From an archaeon GW2011_AR15 (GTDB lineage Archaea > Nanobdellota > Nanobdellia > Woesearchaeales > GW2011-AR15): a DNA stretch of 64,000 bases. This document shows, piece after piece, positions 18,862 through 28,684 of this stretch. The notes beneath the pieces are model-generated. The model was not told the origin of the DNA, made no database searches, and saw only the letters and a list, made by a program, of their open reading frames with translations. A program made the translations under genes and the position numbers. How positions within the stretch are numbered: the stretch's first letter is position 1; each line of letters starts with the position of its first letter. The stretch is taken from NCBI GenBank assembly GCA_000830295.1, contig CP010425.1, forward strand, positions 512,001 to 576,000. The letters run 5' to 3'.

Positions 18862-21087
18862 ATGCCTCATGAACTTATCATAACAGAGAAACCTTCGGCA
18901 GCCAAAATGATAGCAGAAGCCCTGGCAGACTCAAAAATAGAGACAAAAAAAGAAAAGGGCATTGCCTACAAGACGATAACACACGACGGGAAAACAATCA
19001 CAATAGTTTCCGCAGTAGGCCATCTTTTCACTGTCGCAGAAAAGGAAAAATCATTCAAATACCCGTCATTTGACATAGAATGGAAGCCGGTTTATGAAGT
19101 TGTAAAGAATGCAGACTATGCAAAAAAATACGCAGACCTGATAAAAAAAGAGGCAAAGGAATCAGATTCTTTTGTTGTTGCATGCGACTATGACGTCGAG
19201 GGAGAGGTCATAGGCCTCAATATAATAAAATACCTTTGCAAGAAAAAAGACGCAAAAAGGATGAAATTCTCAACACTTACAAAGCCTGACCTTGTGGAGG
19301 CATATCAAAACATGTCAAAGACACTTGACTGGGGCCAGGCAAATGCAGGGGAAACAAGGCATTTTCTCGACTGGCTTTATGGCATCAACACATCAAGGGC
19401 ACTGATGCATGCAATAAAGAAAACAAATTCCTACAAGACGATGTCTTCGGGGAGAGTCCAGGGACCGGCATTAAGGATACTTGCGGAAAGGGAAAAAGAG
19501 ATACAGGAATTCAAGCCGCAGAAATACTGGGAAATAAAGGCAAAGCTGAAGAAAGACGGCAAGGAGTTTGATGCAAACCATATCGAAGACAAATTCTGGG
19601 AGAAGGAGAAAGCAGAGAAAGTCCTCAAAAAAATAAAGGATAAAAAAGGAACAGTTGATGAAGCAGTAAAATCAGAGAAGAGCATACCTGCGCCCTATCC
19701 GTTTGACCTTACGACACTCCAGACAGAGGCATACAGGAATTTCGGCATCAGCCCGACAAAAACACTGGAGATGGCCCAGAGCCTATATACAAAAGGCTAC
19801 ATATCCTATCCGAGAACAAGCTCGCAGCAGCTTTCAGAGAAAATAGGGTTCAAGAGAATTATAACAGAGCTGATGAGGCAGGAGCAGTATTCAGAATTAG
19901 GGAAAATCGTTCTCGGAGGCAGGCTTTTCCCGAACAACGGCCAGAAGACAGATCCTGCGCATCCGGCAATCTATCCCACAGGAATCATGCCCAAGGCGCT
20001 TCCTCCACCAGTCAAAAAAATATACGACCTTATCGCAAAAAGATTCCTTTCAACATTCGGCCAGCCGGCAGTCAAGGAAAATGTAAGGGCAGTCATAGAC
20101 ATAAGCTCAGAGAAATTTGTTGGTCAGGGCTCTGTCGTCGTGGATAAAGGATGGCATGTGCTTTACGAGCCGTATGCAAAGTCCAAGGACGAGATACTTC
20201 CGGAGCTTTCAAAAGATGACAAGGTTGATGTCAGGAAAATCGAGGAAGAGGAAAAAGAGACGCTGCCGCCAAAAAGATACACAGAGGCATCAATAATAAA
20301 AGAACTTGAAAAAAGGGAGCTTGGGACAAAATCAACAAGAGCCCAGATTATCCAGAACCTGATAGACAGGGAATATGTTTCAGGAAAATCGCTTGAAGTG
20401 TCAAAGCTCGGAATGGACCTCATTGAAACGCTCAGGAAATACTGCCCGACGATTATAGAAGACGAGCTTACTGCCCAGTTTGACCAGGAAATGGAAAAGA
20501 TAAAACAGGGCAAGGCAGACAAGGAAAAAGTTATTGCCAGGGCAGAGCAGGAGCTTACAAAGATACTTGAGCATTTCAAGAAGCATGAGAAAAGCATAGG
20601 CGAGGGCCTTATAGAGGCATACAGGGAGACAGAGTTCAAGCAGAATTTCATAGGCAAATGCCCTGTCTGCAAAAAGGGAAGCCTGAAAATAACATTCTCA
20701 AGAAAGAACAGGTCAAGATTCATAGCATGCGACGCATACCCGGACTGCAGGACAACATTCAGCATACCTCCCGGGAAAGTAGTTCCAACAGAAAAGGAAT
20801 GCGGGGAATGCGGATATCCGATGATAACTGTGATTGCAGGAAAAAGGCCAAGGCAGCTGTGCATAAATCCCAACTGCAAAACAAAGCAGCTTGAGAAGGC
20901 AGACATACCAAAGAAAAATGAGAAATGCCCGAAGTGCGGCAAGGGAATGCTTGTGTTAAAACAGAGCGTATACGGCCAATTCTATGCCTGCGACAGGTAT
21001 CCGGAATGCAGATACATAAAAAGCAATGGAAAGAATAGCGGAAATTCAAAAGAAAAGGAAACTGAAAAAGGCACTAAATCTTCCTGA
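18862..21087 (+). CDS. topA: Type IA DNA topoisomerase with C-terminal Zn ribbons
   Basis: ITEKPS, ACDYDVEGE (TOPRIM), SSGRVQ, catalytic ISYPRT, GTKSTR; start placed at MPHELII. Confidence 0.95.
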   Translation: MPHELIITEKPSAAKMIAEALADSKIETKKEKGIAYKTITHDGKTITIVSAVGHLFTVAEKEKSFKYPSFDIEWKPVYEVVKNADYAKKYADLIKKEAKESDSFVVACDYDVEGEVIGLNIIKYLCKKKDAKRMKFSTLTKPDLVEAYQNMSKTLDWGQANAGETRHFLDWLYGINTSRALMHAIKKTNSYKTMSSGRVQGPALRILAEREKEIQEFKPQKYWEIKAKLKKDGKEFDANHIEDKFWEKEKAEKVLKKIKDKKGTVDEAVKSEKSIPAPYPFDLTTLQTEAYRNFGISPTKTLEMAQSLYTKGYISYPRTSSQQLSEKIGFKRIITELMRQEQYSELGKIVLGGRLFPNNGQKTDPAHPAIYPTGIMPKALPPPVKKIYDLIAKRFLSTFGQPAVKENVRAVIDISSEKFVGQGSVVVDKGWHVLYEPYAKSKDEILPELSKDDKVDVRKIEEEEKETLPPKRYTEASIIKELEKRELGTKSTRAQIIQNLIDREYVSGKSLEVSKLGMDLIETLRKYCPTIIEDELTAQFDQEMEKIKQGKADKEKVIARAEQELTKILEHFKKHEKSIGEGLIEAYRETEFKQNFIGKCPVCKKGSLKITFSRKNRSRFIACDAYPDCRTTFSIPPGKVVPTEKECGECGYPMITVIAGKRPRQLCINPNCKTKQLEKADIPKKNEKCPKCGKGMLVLKQSVYGQFYACDRYPECRYIKSNGKNSGNSKEKETEKGTKSS

Positions 21088-21226
21088 TTATTGTTGATTT
21101 TTCTATGTTGCTGTGCACAGTGAATGTCCTGCCGCAATAGACGCATCTTTTCTTCTTGCCGTCGAGACTTCCACTGGGACTGTACTTCATCTGGTTTCCG
21201 CATTTAGGGCATCTCAATAGAAACAT
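21074..21226 (-). CDS. Small Zn-ribbon protein
   Basis: CPKC...CVYC; abuts the upstream gene. Confidence 0.7.
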   Translation of the reverse strand: MFLLRCPKCGNQMKYSPSGSLDGKKKRCVYCGRTFTVHSNIEKSTIIRKI

Positions 21227-21227
21227 T

Positions 21228-22001
21228 TTACATATTGAACTCTTTTCTGAGCGCCTCAATCTCTTCCATCCTCGATTTTCTTCTCATTATCTGCCTTTTC
21301 ATGCTCTCAGGCTTAAGGAACCTTATGTAGACGATAAGTATGTTGAAGACAAATGCAAGCAGGAAATTCACGATTGCCAGGCCCTCAACATCCATGCCGC
21401 TGAATAATGCCAGCCCCGTAAATCTGCCAATAGCATAAAACACGCTTGCAACAAGGATAGGTATGAACATGTAGAGGGGGACATTATCAGCCATCTTAAC
21501 AGCAAGGAAAGACACGAACATGCTGAATATGACCGGAAGGAACCCGATTATGACATTTGTTATAGGCGAGTCTGTTGCGCCTGCAGAAAATAAAACTATC
21601 AGGCCAATAGTAAGCAGGTAGACGAAGAAGGCAATTGATTCAAAAATTGTCTTCTCTTCAATTATCTCCACTTCTTCAATAGCCTCCTCAACAAGCTCCT
21701 CAGTATCTGTTTTCTCAAAATCTTTTTTTGCATCCTTTATCTCTTTTTTTGAGGCGCCTGCCATGAACTGCCCGAATGCCCCCTTTAGCTGGCCGACAAG
21801 GTCATTCTCCACAGGATCCTTATGCTTTGTTTCTTTCGCAGGACTTTTTTCCAGCTCAAGGAATACTTCATCAACTATATTTTTGTCATGGCCGGCGTCA
21901 AGAAGGACTTTTTCAATATTCTTCAAGGGTATGCCTTTTTTCCTCTCAGCTTCAACATACTCCACTAGCTGTTTCTTCAAAAAATGCTGGAAATTGTCCA
22001 T
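21228..22001 (-). CDS. Hypothetical membrane protein (acidic N-terminal domain, four C-terminal TMs)
   Basis: Long ORF; YVEAERKKG..L.NI...LLDAGH N-terminal motif; hydrophobic helices. Confidence 0.7.
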   Translation of the reverse strand: MDNFQHFLKKQLVEYVEAERKKGIPLKNIEKVLLDAGHDKNIVDEVFLELEKSPAKETKHKDPVENDLVGQLKGAFGQFMAGASKKEIKDAKKDFEKTDTEELVEEAIEEVEIIEEKTIFESIAFFVYLLTIGLIVLFSAGATDSPITNVIIGFLPVIFSMFVSFLAVKMADNVPLYMFIPILVASVFYAIGRFTGLALFSGMDVEGLAIVNFLLAFVFNILIVYIRFLKPESMKRQIMRRKSRMEEIEALRKEFNM

Positions 22002-22061
22002 TGCATAGAGTAGGAATCTTGGGGTATATAAGTTTTGTGCTGGTTATCCAAATGTTTTAAT

Positions 22062-22883
22062 ATGCCTTTACAATCAAGAGAACCAATGCTTGATTTTAAG
22101 AGACTGAATACATTCTCCAAAGAAATATCCGGATTAGATTATCAGGCGGCCAAAATGATTGTCCAGCACAAGCAGGTGTCAAAAAGGGAAAAGTGGATTT
22201 TGGACAGGTTTTTGAAAGGATATTACAACAAATTAGGTATGCCTGATTCAACCGAGATTATTCTCATGCCCACATCAGAAACAATTGCCCAGTCTACCCT
22301 TGATGTGTGCAAGGAGGGTATTGAACTTTTTCTTGATCAAAGCAGTATAGATTTAAGTGTTAAGATTACCGGCACAAATGGGATAGTATCAAGCTTTGTC
22401 AATGATCGGGTCTATGAATCTAACAGAGGAACTATCTTCCCTGATGCAGATTTTCATGCTTTTGTTTACAGGAGAATGAAAATGGGAATATTCCCTATGA
22501 AATATACTTGCTATGTTGATAGTTCGGATTTTTTTCAGGCTGAAGACTATGCAGCAGGAAAAACATTTATTTTGGGAAATATAGCAACATTGCTGGAGCG
22601 CGGTTTTATAAAAGGAAGATTATTGGATAAATCATACCTCTTTATGACAATGGCAGAGAAAACCGAATATATGAAACTAGTTGCTGCACACGAAACATAT
22701 CATCTTATTGGCAAATTAACGGATTTGGAAAAACAAAGCCATGAAGAAATGGGATTGACAGAAGACCCCAATTGCCTTGGCTATTCCAAATTCAAAATAC
22801 CCTCTTATCTATGTGGAGGCTGTAAAGATAGCATTGCTTCACTATGGCATGGATATAGATTGCGACAAATGTGCAGCCCGTAA
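22062..22883 (+). CDS. Putative zincin metallopeptidase (archaemetzincin-like C-terminus)
   Basis: VAAHETYHLIG followed by C...LCGGC; start uncertain (22062 or 22086). Confidence 0.55.
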   Translation: MPLQSREPMLDFKRLNTFSKEISGLDYQAAKMIVQHKQVSKREKWILDRFLKGYYNKLGMPDSTEIILMPTSETIAQSTLDVCKEGIELFLDQSSIDLSVKITGTNGIVSSFVNDRVYESNRGTIFPDADFHAFVYRRMKMGIFPMKYTCYVDSSDFFQAEDYAAGKTFILGNIATLLERGFIKGRLLDKSYLFMTMAEKTEYMKLVAAHETYHLIGKLTDLEKQSHEEMGLTEDPNCLGYSKFKIPSYLCGGCKDSIASLWHGYRLRQMCSP

Positions 22884-22894
22884 ATATATGACTC

Positions 22895-23320
22895 CTAACC
22901 GCATCCAATATTGATTATCGGACAGAGGTATATTATCTCTCTTTCATGTCCTTTTATGTTCTCCTTTCTAATTGCATTTGGGAAATCTAAAAAACATTTT
23001 TCATTATAAACTCTGAGTTTTTTTTCAGAGATATAATTTAGTGGAATTATCTCCTCACTATCTTTGTCAAGGGCGTACAATCCAAAACTATAATTTTCTC
23101 CGGTTTTGGAGTAATTATAGTCCTTTTTCAATTGTTCTAGGTAATAGTTCACATGATCCCTGGCCCCGTCTGCTTTTGTTTCCTCCAAAAGAGAATCTAA
23201 CACGTGCTCAAAAACATTAACAACAGGTTTTGATAAATATTCACGCCCCACTTTTGTTGTCAACTGGCTTGGATCCAAGTAAGCATAATCAAAGGCTATG
23301 TATAATGGGCATTCTTCCAT
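22895..23320 (-). CDS. Hypothetical protein
   Basis: 141-aa ORF in an AT-rich segment with TATA-like upstream sequence. Confidence 0.6.
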   Translation of the reverse strand: MEECPLYIAFDYAYLDPSQLTTKVGREYLSKPVVNVFEHVLDSLLEETKADGARDHVNYYLEQLKKDYNYSKTGENYSFGLYALDKDSEEIIPLNYISEKKLRVYNEKCFLDFPNAIRKENIKGHEREIIYLCPIINIGCG

Positions 23321-23386
23321 GCATAAATGATGGCAATATAATTTAAATGTATTTTATGTATAAAACCGGAAAATTTTCGACAGGGG

Positions 23387-24067
23387 TTATAGTTCACTAA
23401 ATTCCTCTGGGTCTTCCTTTTTTTCTTCAGCCCGAGGTTTTTCATGAGCCTTTTTTTCATTAGCCTCTGGCATGCTGTTTTTCTTAGCCAGGGCCTCCTC
23501 AAGGAATGCCGCGCCCTGCTTATACCAGTCAGGCTCCCCTTCAAAATCATCGACCTTCCTCTGGTCTGGCTCGCTGATTTTCTTGAAAACTTCCCTGATG
23601 TCCTTTGAGCCCTCAACATCAAAATACTCATAGAATTTCTCAGTCAGGCCAATCCTGTAGCTTCTTCCCTCATGCTCTTTTTTTATGAAGCCGAGCTCGA
23701 GAAGCTCTGCAATATGGTCATAGGCCTTGTTGTGCCTTATGTCCACGACCTCGCTCTGCAGCACAGGGGCTTTCCAGGCAATTACTGCAAGTGTCTCAAG
23801 CATTGTCTTCGGAAGCTCTGTTTCAGAGACAATTTTCCTTACCAATGGGAGGTATGCCTCCCTTACAGTCAGTTTCCAGCCGTCTTTCTCCTCCACAACC
23901 ATAAGCGGAGAACTCCTTTTTTCATATTCTTCTTTCAGCTTCTTTACATTATTGACCAGGACCAGTTTATTGGATACACCAGTAAGCTGGAGAAGTGTGT
24001 CAGCATCCATGAACCTGCCGGATGCAAAAAGAAGCGCCTCTATCTGGTTTTTGTAGTCCTGGCTCAT
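23387..24067 (-). CDS. scpB: SMC-Scp complex subunit ScpB
   Basis: IEALLFASG, LETLAVIAWKAPV, TEKFYEYF. Confidence 0.92.
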   Translation of the reverse strand: MSQDYKNQIEALLFASGRFMDADTLLQLTGVSNKLVLVNNVKKLKEEYEKRSSPLMVVEEKDGWKLTVREAYLPLVRKIVSETELPKTMLETLAVIAWKAPVLQSEVVDIRHNKAYDHIAELLELGFIKKEHEGRSYRIGLTEKFYEYFDVEGSKDIREVFKKISEPDQRKVDDFEGEPDWYKQGAAFLEEALAKKNSMPEANEKKAHEKPRAEEKKEDPEEFSEL

Positions 24068-24663
24068 TTTTTCGGGACAGCCTTATACAGCTCCCCATCC
24101 TTTTTAACTTTTCCTTCCTTAATAAGAACATTCAGGACCTGCTCAATATTCTCTGCCCTTACACCCATAAGCGGCTGTATCTGCCCTATGGTCATAGGCC
24201 TTGAGCTCAGCAGGACAACAATGAAATTCCTCAGCAGGACAGCGGTGTTTTTTATGTAATGCGTGTTTGACTCCTTGGCCTGCAATATACCGGTATTCAT
24301 AGCATGCATCCTTGCCTGGAGGTCATTGAGGAAACCCATCAAGTCGTTGTTTTTCACAACCAGATTTTCAGGAGCAATTATTTCGATGCTTGCAGGCATG
24401 AAATCAAAGCAGAATGAAAGCAGGCTGTTCATATCCTTTACAAGCAGCTCAACCTCTGCGAAAGTGCTGAAGAGCTCATCTTTCTTCTCGGCAGTTTCTG
24501 CATGCTCGCTCACTATCGTAAATTCCTTAACTTCCTTTATCTTCTTTATATGGGTCTTAAGTGCATCTTCCACATATTTTTTCGGCCTGCCTACAACCTC
24601 CAGGATTCCCACAATATGTATCCAGCCTTCTGAGACCTTACCTTCAATTTCCCTCTGATTCAT
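24064..24663 (-). CDS. Archaeal hypothetical protein (ferredoxin-like N-terminus, probable C-terminal winged helix), coupled to scpB
   Basis: EVVGRPK..VE.AL, FSTFAEVE, FDFMPASIEIIAP; 4-nt overlap with scpB. Confidence 0.7.
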   Translation of the reverse strand: MNQREIEGKVSEGWIHIVGILEVVGRPKKYVEDALKTHIKKIKEVKEFTIVSEHAETAEKKDELFSTFAEVELLVKDMNSLLSFCFDFMPASIEIIAPENLVVKNNDLMGFLNDLQARMHAMNTGILQAKESNTHYIKNTAVLLRNFIVVLLSSRPMTIGQIQPLMGVRAENIEQVLNVLIKEGKVKKDGELYKAVPKK

Positions 24664-24738
24664 AGGAATTAGCTAAATCTTAGCCTGTTTAAAATGTTTT
24701 CGATAAGCTTTTTATATAAAGCAATAGGACAGGCAAAT

Positions 24739-25290
24739 ATGGCAAAGCTGAAAGAGCTGGAATACAAATCAATAGAAGTGAGCAGCCTTTCTATTGAAGA
24801 GATGCTTGGCATAGGCATTCCTGACAGATACTGGGGCACGGTCAGAGCGGGATTTTCCAGCCCTGCGGGGAGAGAGTATCTTGCAGTGCATGTCAGAGAG
24901 CATCCGGAAGGCCCGTATATCCTTCTGGTCAGCGATACGAGAATGGATGCTGCTGATTTTCTGGGAATTGGCGAGGCAGTGAAAAGAATAACAGAAGGAG
25001 AACAGGATTATAGAGGGGGTGAAGAAATGCAGGGTTTCCTTGAAGACTGCTTTAAGAAAAGCAGATATGACCAGAGGATTACAAACAGGTCCGGGGATTT
25101 GTGCGAAGTTATAAGGCTCAAGAGAAAGCCTGACAGGGAATACCTTGCAGAGCTTGTAGAAAAATACGACAAAGTATTTACTGGCGTGCATATAGAGAAA
25201 ATATTTTTCAGTGATGTTCCTGTTTCTGTTTATTGGGCTTCTGAGCTTCCGGCATTCAGCAAGGATAAAGTGCATGTCGATCCTGTCTAA
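24739..25290 (+). CDS. Hypothetical protein
   Basis: 183-aa ORF downstream of a TTTATATA box. Confidence 0.6.
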   Translation: MAKLKELEYKSIEVSSLSIEEMLGIGIPDRYWGTVRAGFSSPAGREYLAVHVREHPEGPYILLVSDTRMDAADFLGIGEAVKRITEGEQDYRGGEEMQGFLEDCFKKSRYDQRITNRSGDLCEVIRLKRKPDREYLAELVEKYDKVFTGVHIEKIFFSDVPVSVYWASELPAFSKDKVHVDPV

Positions 25291-25333
25291 TGCTCAAAAA
25301 ACTTTTTATATTAAGCAAGATTAGCAGTATTAA

Positions 25334-25573
25334 ATGAGAATAGTTTACCTTCTTATAAGGGCAGAGCACGGCAAGATAGGCATAGTGAAAGCCCAGCTTG
25401 CAAAGCACGAAGAAATCTCTGAAATCCATGAAGTCTTTGGAAGATATGACATTGTGGCCAAGGTGCTGGCAGAGAACTACGGTGAATTCAAGAGGTTCAT
25501 ACAGAACAAAATAAGGGTGCAGGAAGGAATAAAGAGCATAGAGCCGATTTTTGTTGCTGAAGACCTTGAATGA
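25334..25573 (+). CDS. Stand-alone Lrp/AsnC ligand-binding (RAM) domain protein
   Basis: EIHEVFGRYDIVAKV...KIR...GI. Confidence 0.85.
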   Translation: MRIVYLLIRAEHGKIGIVKAQLAKHEEISEIHEVFGRYDIVAKVLAENYGEFKRFIQNKIRVQEGIKSIEPIFVAEDLE

Positions 25574-27763
25574 TTAATCAGTATATTCAGAATCAGTTAT
25601 CTCTTTTATCTTGGAAGCCTTTTTCTCGCCGATAAGCTCAACTTCCTTCAGTTTCTCTTCAGAGGCGTTGATTATTTTTTTCACAGAGCCGAATTTCTTC
25701 AGCAGAGGTTTTGAGAGTATAGGGCCGACGCCTGGAAGCGCAGAAACAATATATTCCTGCTGCTCTTTTAATGTAAGAGGCTTTGAGCTGTGCAGGGTAA
25801 ATCCCTTTTTTTCTTCTGTCTGCTCTCTCTTGGCTATCATAGCCATCAGCAGCGCAGTATCATCGCTGTTTTTTGTCGCAAGTATAGGGACGCCATAATC
25901 AATTGTTATTGCAGCAAGCATCCCTCTTATTGCATTAGGGTGGAGCTGCCTCTGGCTGTAGATATCCTCGTCCCCTTCAAGTATGATTATCTGCTTCCTG
26001 TATTTCTGCATGTCCTTTAGCTGTGTGAAGAGCCTCTTGTCAATAAGTGAATCTATGAAATCAGGGATTGTCTTGTATTCAACGCAGATATCGGGGCTAA
26101 GCACATAATCTCCCACATCAAGCTTCTCAAGGTTTATCTTTATGCCAAGCTCAATCAGCTTCTTTATCACACCCGAGCTTTTTTCCCTGTAATCGGCAAA
26201 AATCGTTATTTCTGTTTTAGGCAGGACGAATTCAGTCAGCTTTTTTTCTGTCCTCTTTTCAGCATTGAATTCCTTTTTCAGCTTTCTCAGTATGTCTTCC
26301 ATCCTTCTTTCCTTATGGTATGAAGACCACCTGTAGCCTTCATCCCTTGTCTTCTTTGCCACAAGCACAATTACGTCTCCTTTCTTCTGCCTGCCTGTCC
26401 TTCCCCTCCTCTGTATTGTCCTTATTGCACTTGGCACAGGCTCATAGAAAATTACAACATCAACCTCGGGGATGTCAAGCCCTTCCTCACCGACGCTTGA
26501 CATTACAAGCACGTTGAAATCATTGCTCTTGAATTGTTCTATAAGCCCTATCTGCTCTTTCTGGCTTAATCCTGTGCCTTTCTTTTTCTGCTGGCCGACA
26601 AACATCTTCGCTTTCATCCCCGGAATCTTGTTTATCTCTTCCACAAGGCTCGAGATGGAATCCCTGTACTGCGAGAAGACAATTATCTTTGCATCCTTTT
26701 CCTTTCCGTATTTCTGGAGTATGCTTTTCAGCTCATAGTATTTCGGATGCTCAATTTTCATCTCCTTCAGATTCCTTATTGTTATAAGTGCAGACTTAAA
26801 ATTCAGGTCAGAGACAAGATTTTTTACAGCTTTTGTCTTTGTTGTCTTTGCCTTTGCCACAAGGGATTCCATATATTCCAGCAGCGGAGTTATGCCCTGG
26901 CTCTCCAGCAGCTCAAGAGCATGCTGCACTTTCAGCGCCTCTGCAAGAAGGGAAATGGCTTTCATGCTCTCATAGTCCCTGGAATCCTTTACATTGACCA
27001 GCAGCTCCCTCTGCGTTGCAAGAAGATCTGTCTTGTTGTCCAATGCCCTGTTCATCGGCACAAGCTCCTTCATCCTTGATATCTTTTCCTTGAAGCAGTC
27101 GCTCAGGAATTTCTGCGCAGACCTGAAATGCTCAGGAAGATCAACATGAACCCATTTTACATTGACATCCTGCACATAAGGGGCAACATCAGGGTCATCA
27201 TCAGTTCTTATTTCTACATCTTCGATGTGCAGGTTCTTTATGACTTCCTTTATTTTCTCCAGCTCGCTCCCGGGGCTTGCAGTTAATGCTAATATCCTCT
27301 TGCTTTTGGCTTTCCTCATGTACTGCCCAGCTATCCACACATAGGAATAGTTTCCCACTGCCCTGTGGGCCTCATCAAAGCCAAGCAGGGAAACTTCCTC
27401 GAGCCTTATCCTGTTTGCAATTATGTCATTCTCCAGGCCCTGCGGAGTTGAGAAAATAATTTTTGATGTCTTCCAGAGCTCTTCTCTTTTTGCAGGCGTT
27501 ACATTGCCTGTAAAAATCGCCATATCCTTTTCATCTATTTCAAGATGCCTCAGAAAGACATTATAATACTGGACGACCAGGGGCTTTGTCGGGCCAAGCA
27601 GAAGGATTTTTGAATCCGGGAATTCCTTAAGCCTCAAAGAGGCCAGCATCAGGAAGATATATGTTTTTCCGAGGCCTGTCGGAAGGACTACAAGAGTGTT
27701 CTTCTCAGAGGCAGTCGCAAGTATTGTCTGCTGGTACAGCCTCGGCGCGAAATCTTTTATCAT
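25574..27763 (-). CDS. hef: Hef: DEAH helicase + ERCC4 nuclease + HhH
   Basis: PTGLGKT, DEAHR, TASPG, EEGLDIP, QRRGRTGR, VGDY...VEYKT, LPGVGP/IGEKKA. Confidence 0.93.
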   Translation of the reverse strand: MIKDFAPRLYQQTILATASEKNTLVVLPTGLGKTYIFLMLASLRLKEFPDSKILLLGPTKPLVVQYYNVFLRHLEIDEKDMAIFTGNVTPAKREELWKTSKIIFSTPQGLENDIIANRIRLEEVSLLGFDEAHRAVGNYSYVWIAGQYMRKAKSKRILALTASPGSELEKIKEVIKNLHIEDVEIRTDDDPDVAPYVQDVNVKWVHVDLPEHFRSAQKFLSDCFKEKISRMKELVPMNRALDNKTDLLATQRELLVNVKDSRDYESMKAISLLAEALKVQHALELLESQGITPLLEYMESLVAKAKTTKTKAVKNLVSDLNFKSALITIRNLKEMKIEHPKYYELKSILQKYGKEKDAKIIVFSQYRDSISSLVEEINKIPGMKAKMFVGQQKKKGTGLSQKEQIGLIEQFKSNDFNVLVMSSVGEEGLDIPEVDVVIFYEPVPSAIRTIQRRGRTGRQKKGDVIVLVAKKTRDEGYRWSSYHKERRMEDILRKLKKEFNAEKRTEKKLTEFVLPKTEITIFADYREKSSGVIKKLIELGIKINLEKLDVGDYVLSPDICVEYKTIPDFIDSLIDKRLFTQLKDMQKYRKQIIILEGDEDIYSQRQLHPNAIRGMLAAITIDYGVPILATKNSDDTALLMAMIAKREQTEEKKGFTLHSSKPLTLKEQQEYIVSALPGVGPILSKPLLKKFGSVKKIINASEEKLKEVELIGEKKASKIKEITDSEYTD

Positions 27764-27871
27764 GCAATTAGAGAAAGGAGATTTCTTTAAATAGGTTTAT
27801 TATTGCTGATGCGAAAAAGCTGATTTTCTTCAGCCCAAAATTTTATATACCACATATGTTTCTTGAACTGG

Positions 27872-28666
27872 ATGGTATTTGATACATTGCTTGGATGGAC
27901 ATTATCATTCCACCCCGCGCTTTCAATATTGATTCTCTCATTGATTGTCTCAATTATAATCACGCTGGCAATAAAATTCTTCACAGACCAAAGCCTTATG
28001 AAAGATCTTAAGGAAGAGCTGAAAGAACTGCAGAGGCAGATGAAAGAGTTGAGAAACAACCCTAAAAAACTGGCTAAAGTCAATGACCGGGTTATGGAAG
28101 TCAATATGAAATACATGACGCATTCCATGAGGCCAACTTTATTTACATTCATTCCGATAATCCTTGTTTTCGGCTGGATGAACATGCATATAGGGTTTTA
28201 TCCGCTAATGCCAAACGAGCCTTTTCAGCTTACTGCAGTATTTGAAGATGGATCAGACGGGCAGATATCAATGGTTCTTCCTGAAGGCATAACCCTGCTT
28301 GAGGGAGCTGCTGAAAGGGAAGTGCTGGACAATGAAGTCCAGTGGACACTTTCAGGGGAGCCGGGAGAATATGCTTTAGATGTGATGTACAAAGGCAAGA
28401 CATACACCAAGGACATCATAATAGCAGATGAGCCAATATATGCTCCTGTTGAAAAAAGCTTCAGGAAAAGCTATGTCCTGTTCACTTCTCCTGACGAGAA
28501 CGGCCTGAATACAATAAAGCTGAGCAATAAGCAGATAATTCCCTTTGAGGATGTCCCTGTAATGAAAGATATTCCGTGGATAAGCACATTCAACTGGTTC
28601 TGGACATATTTCCTGTTCTCACTTGTTTTTAGCATGGGCCTGAGAAGGGCATTAAATATATATTAA
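27872..28666 (+). CDS. EMC3/TMCO1 (DUF106) Oxa1-superfamily insertase with a large inserted soluble domain
   Basis: TM1, coiled coil, MRPTLFTFIPIILVFGW, WFWTYFLFS; upstream of rpl34e as in archaeal operons; alternative TTG start at 27863. Confidence 0.85.
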   Translation: MVFDTLLGWTLSFHPALSILILSLIVSIIITLAIKFFTDQSLMKDLKEELKELQRQMKELRNNPKKLAKVNDRVMEVNMKYMTHSMRPTLFTFIPIILVFGWMNMHIGFYPLMPNEPFQLTAVFEDGSDGQISMVLPEGITLLEGAAEREVLDNEVQWTLSGEPGEYALDVMYKGKTYTKDIIIADEPIYAPVEKSFRKSYVLFTSPDENGLNTIKLSNKQIIPFEDVPVMKDIPWISTFNWFWTYFLFSLVFSMGLRRALNIY

Positions 28667-28684
28667 CTCATATTTTGGATTAGC

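Noticed and set aside
20163-20942. 259-aa ORF antisense to topA, and many similar antisense ORFs across the window
   Set aside because: Their Ser/Phe/Leu-rich composition is what the reverse complement of Lys/Glu-rich genes produces
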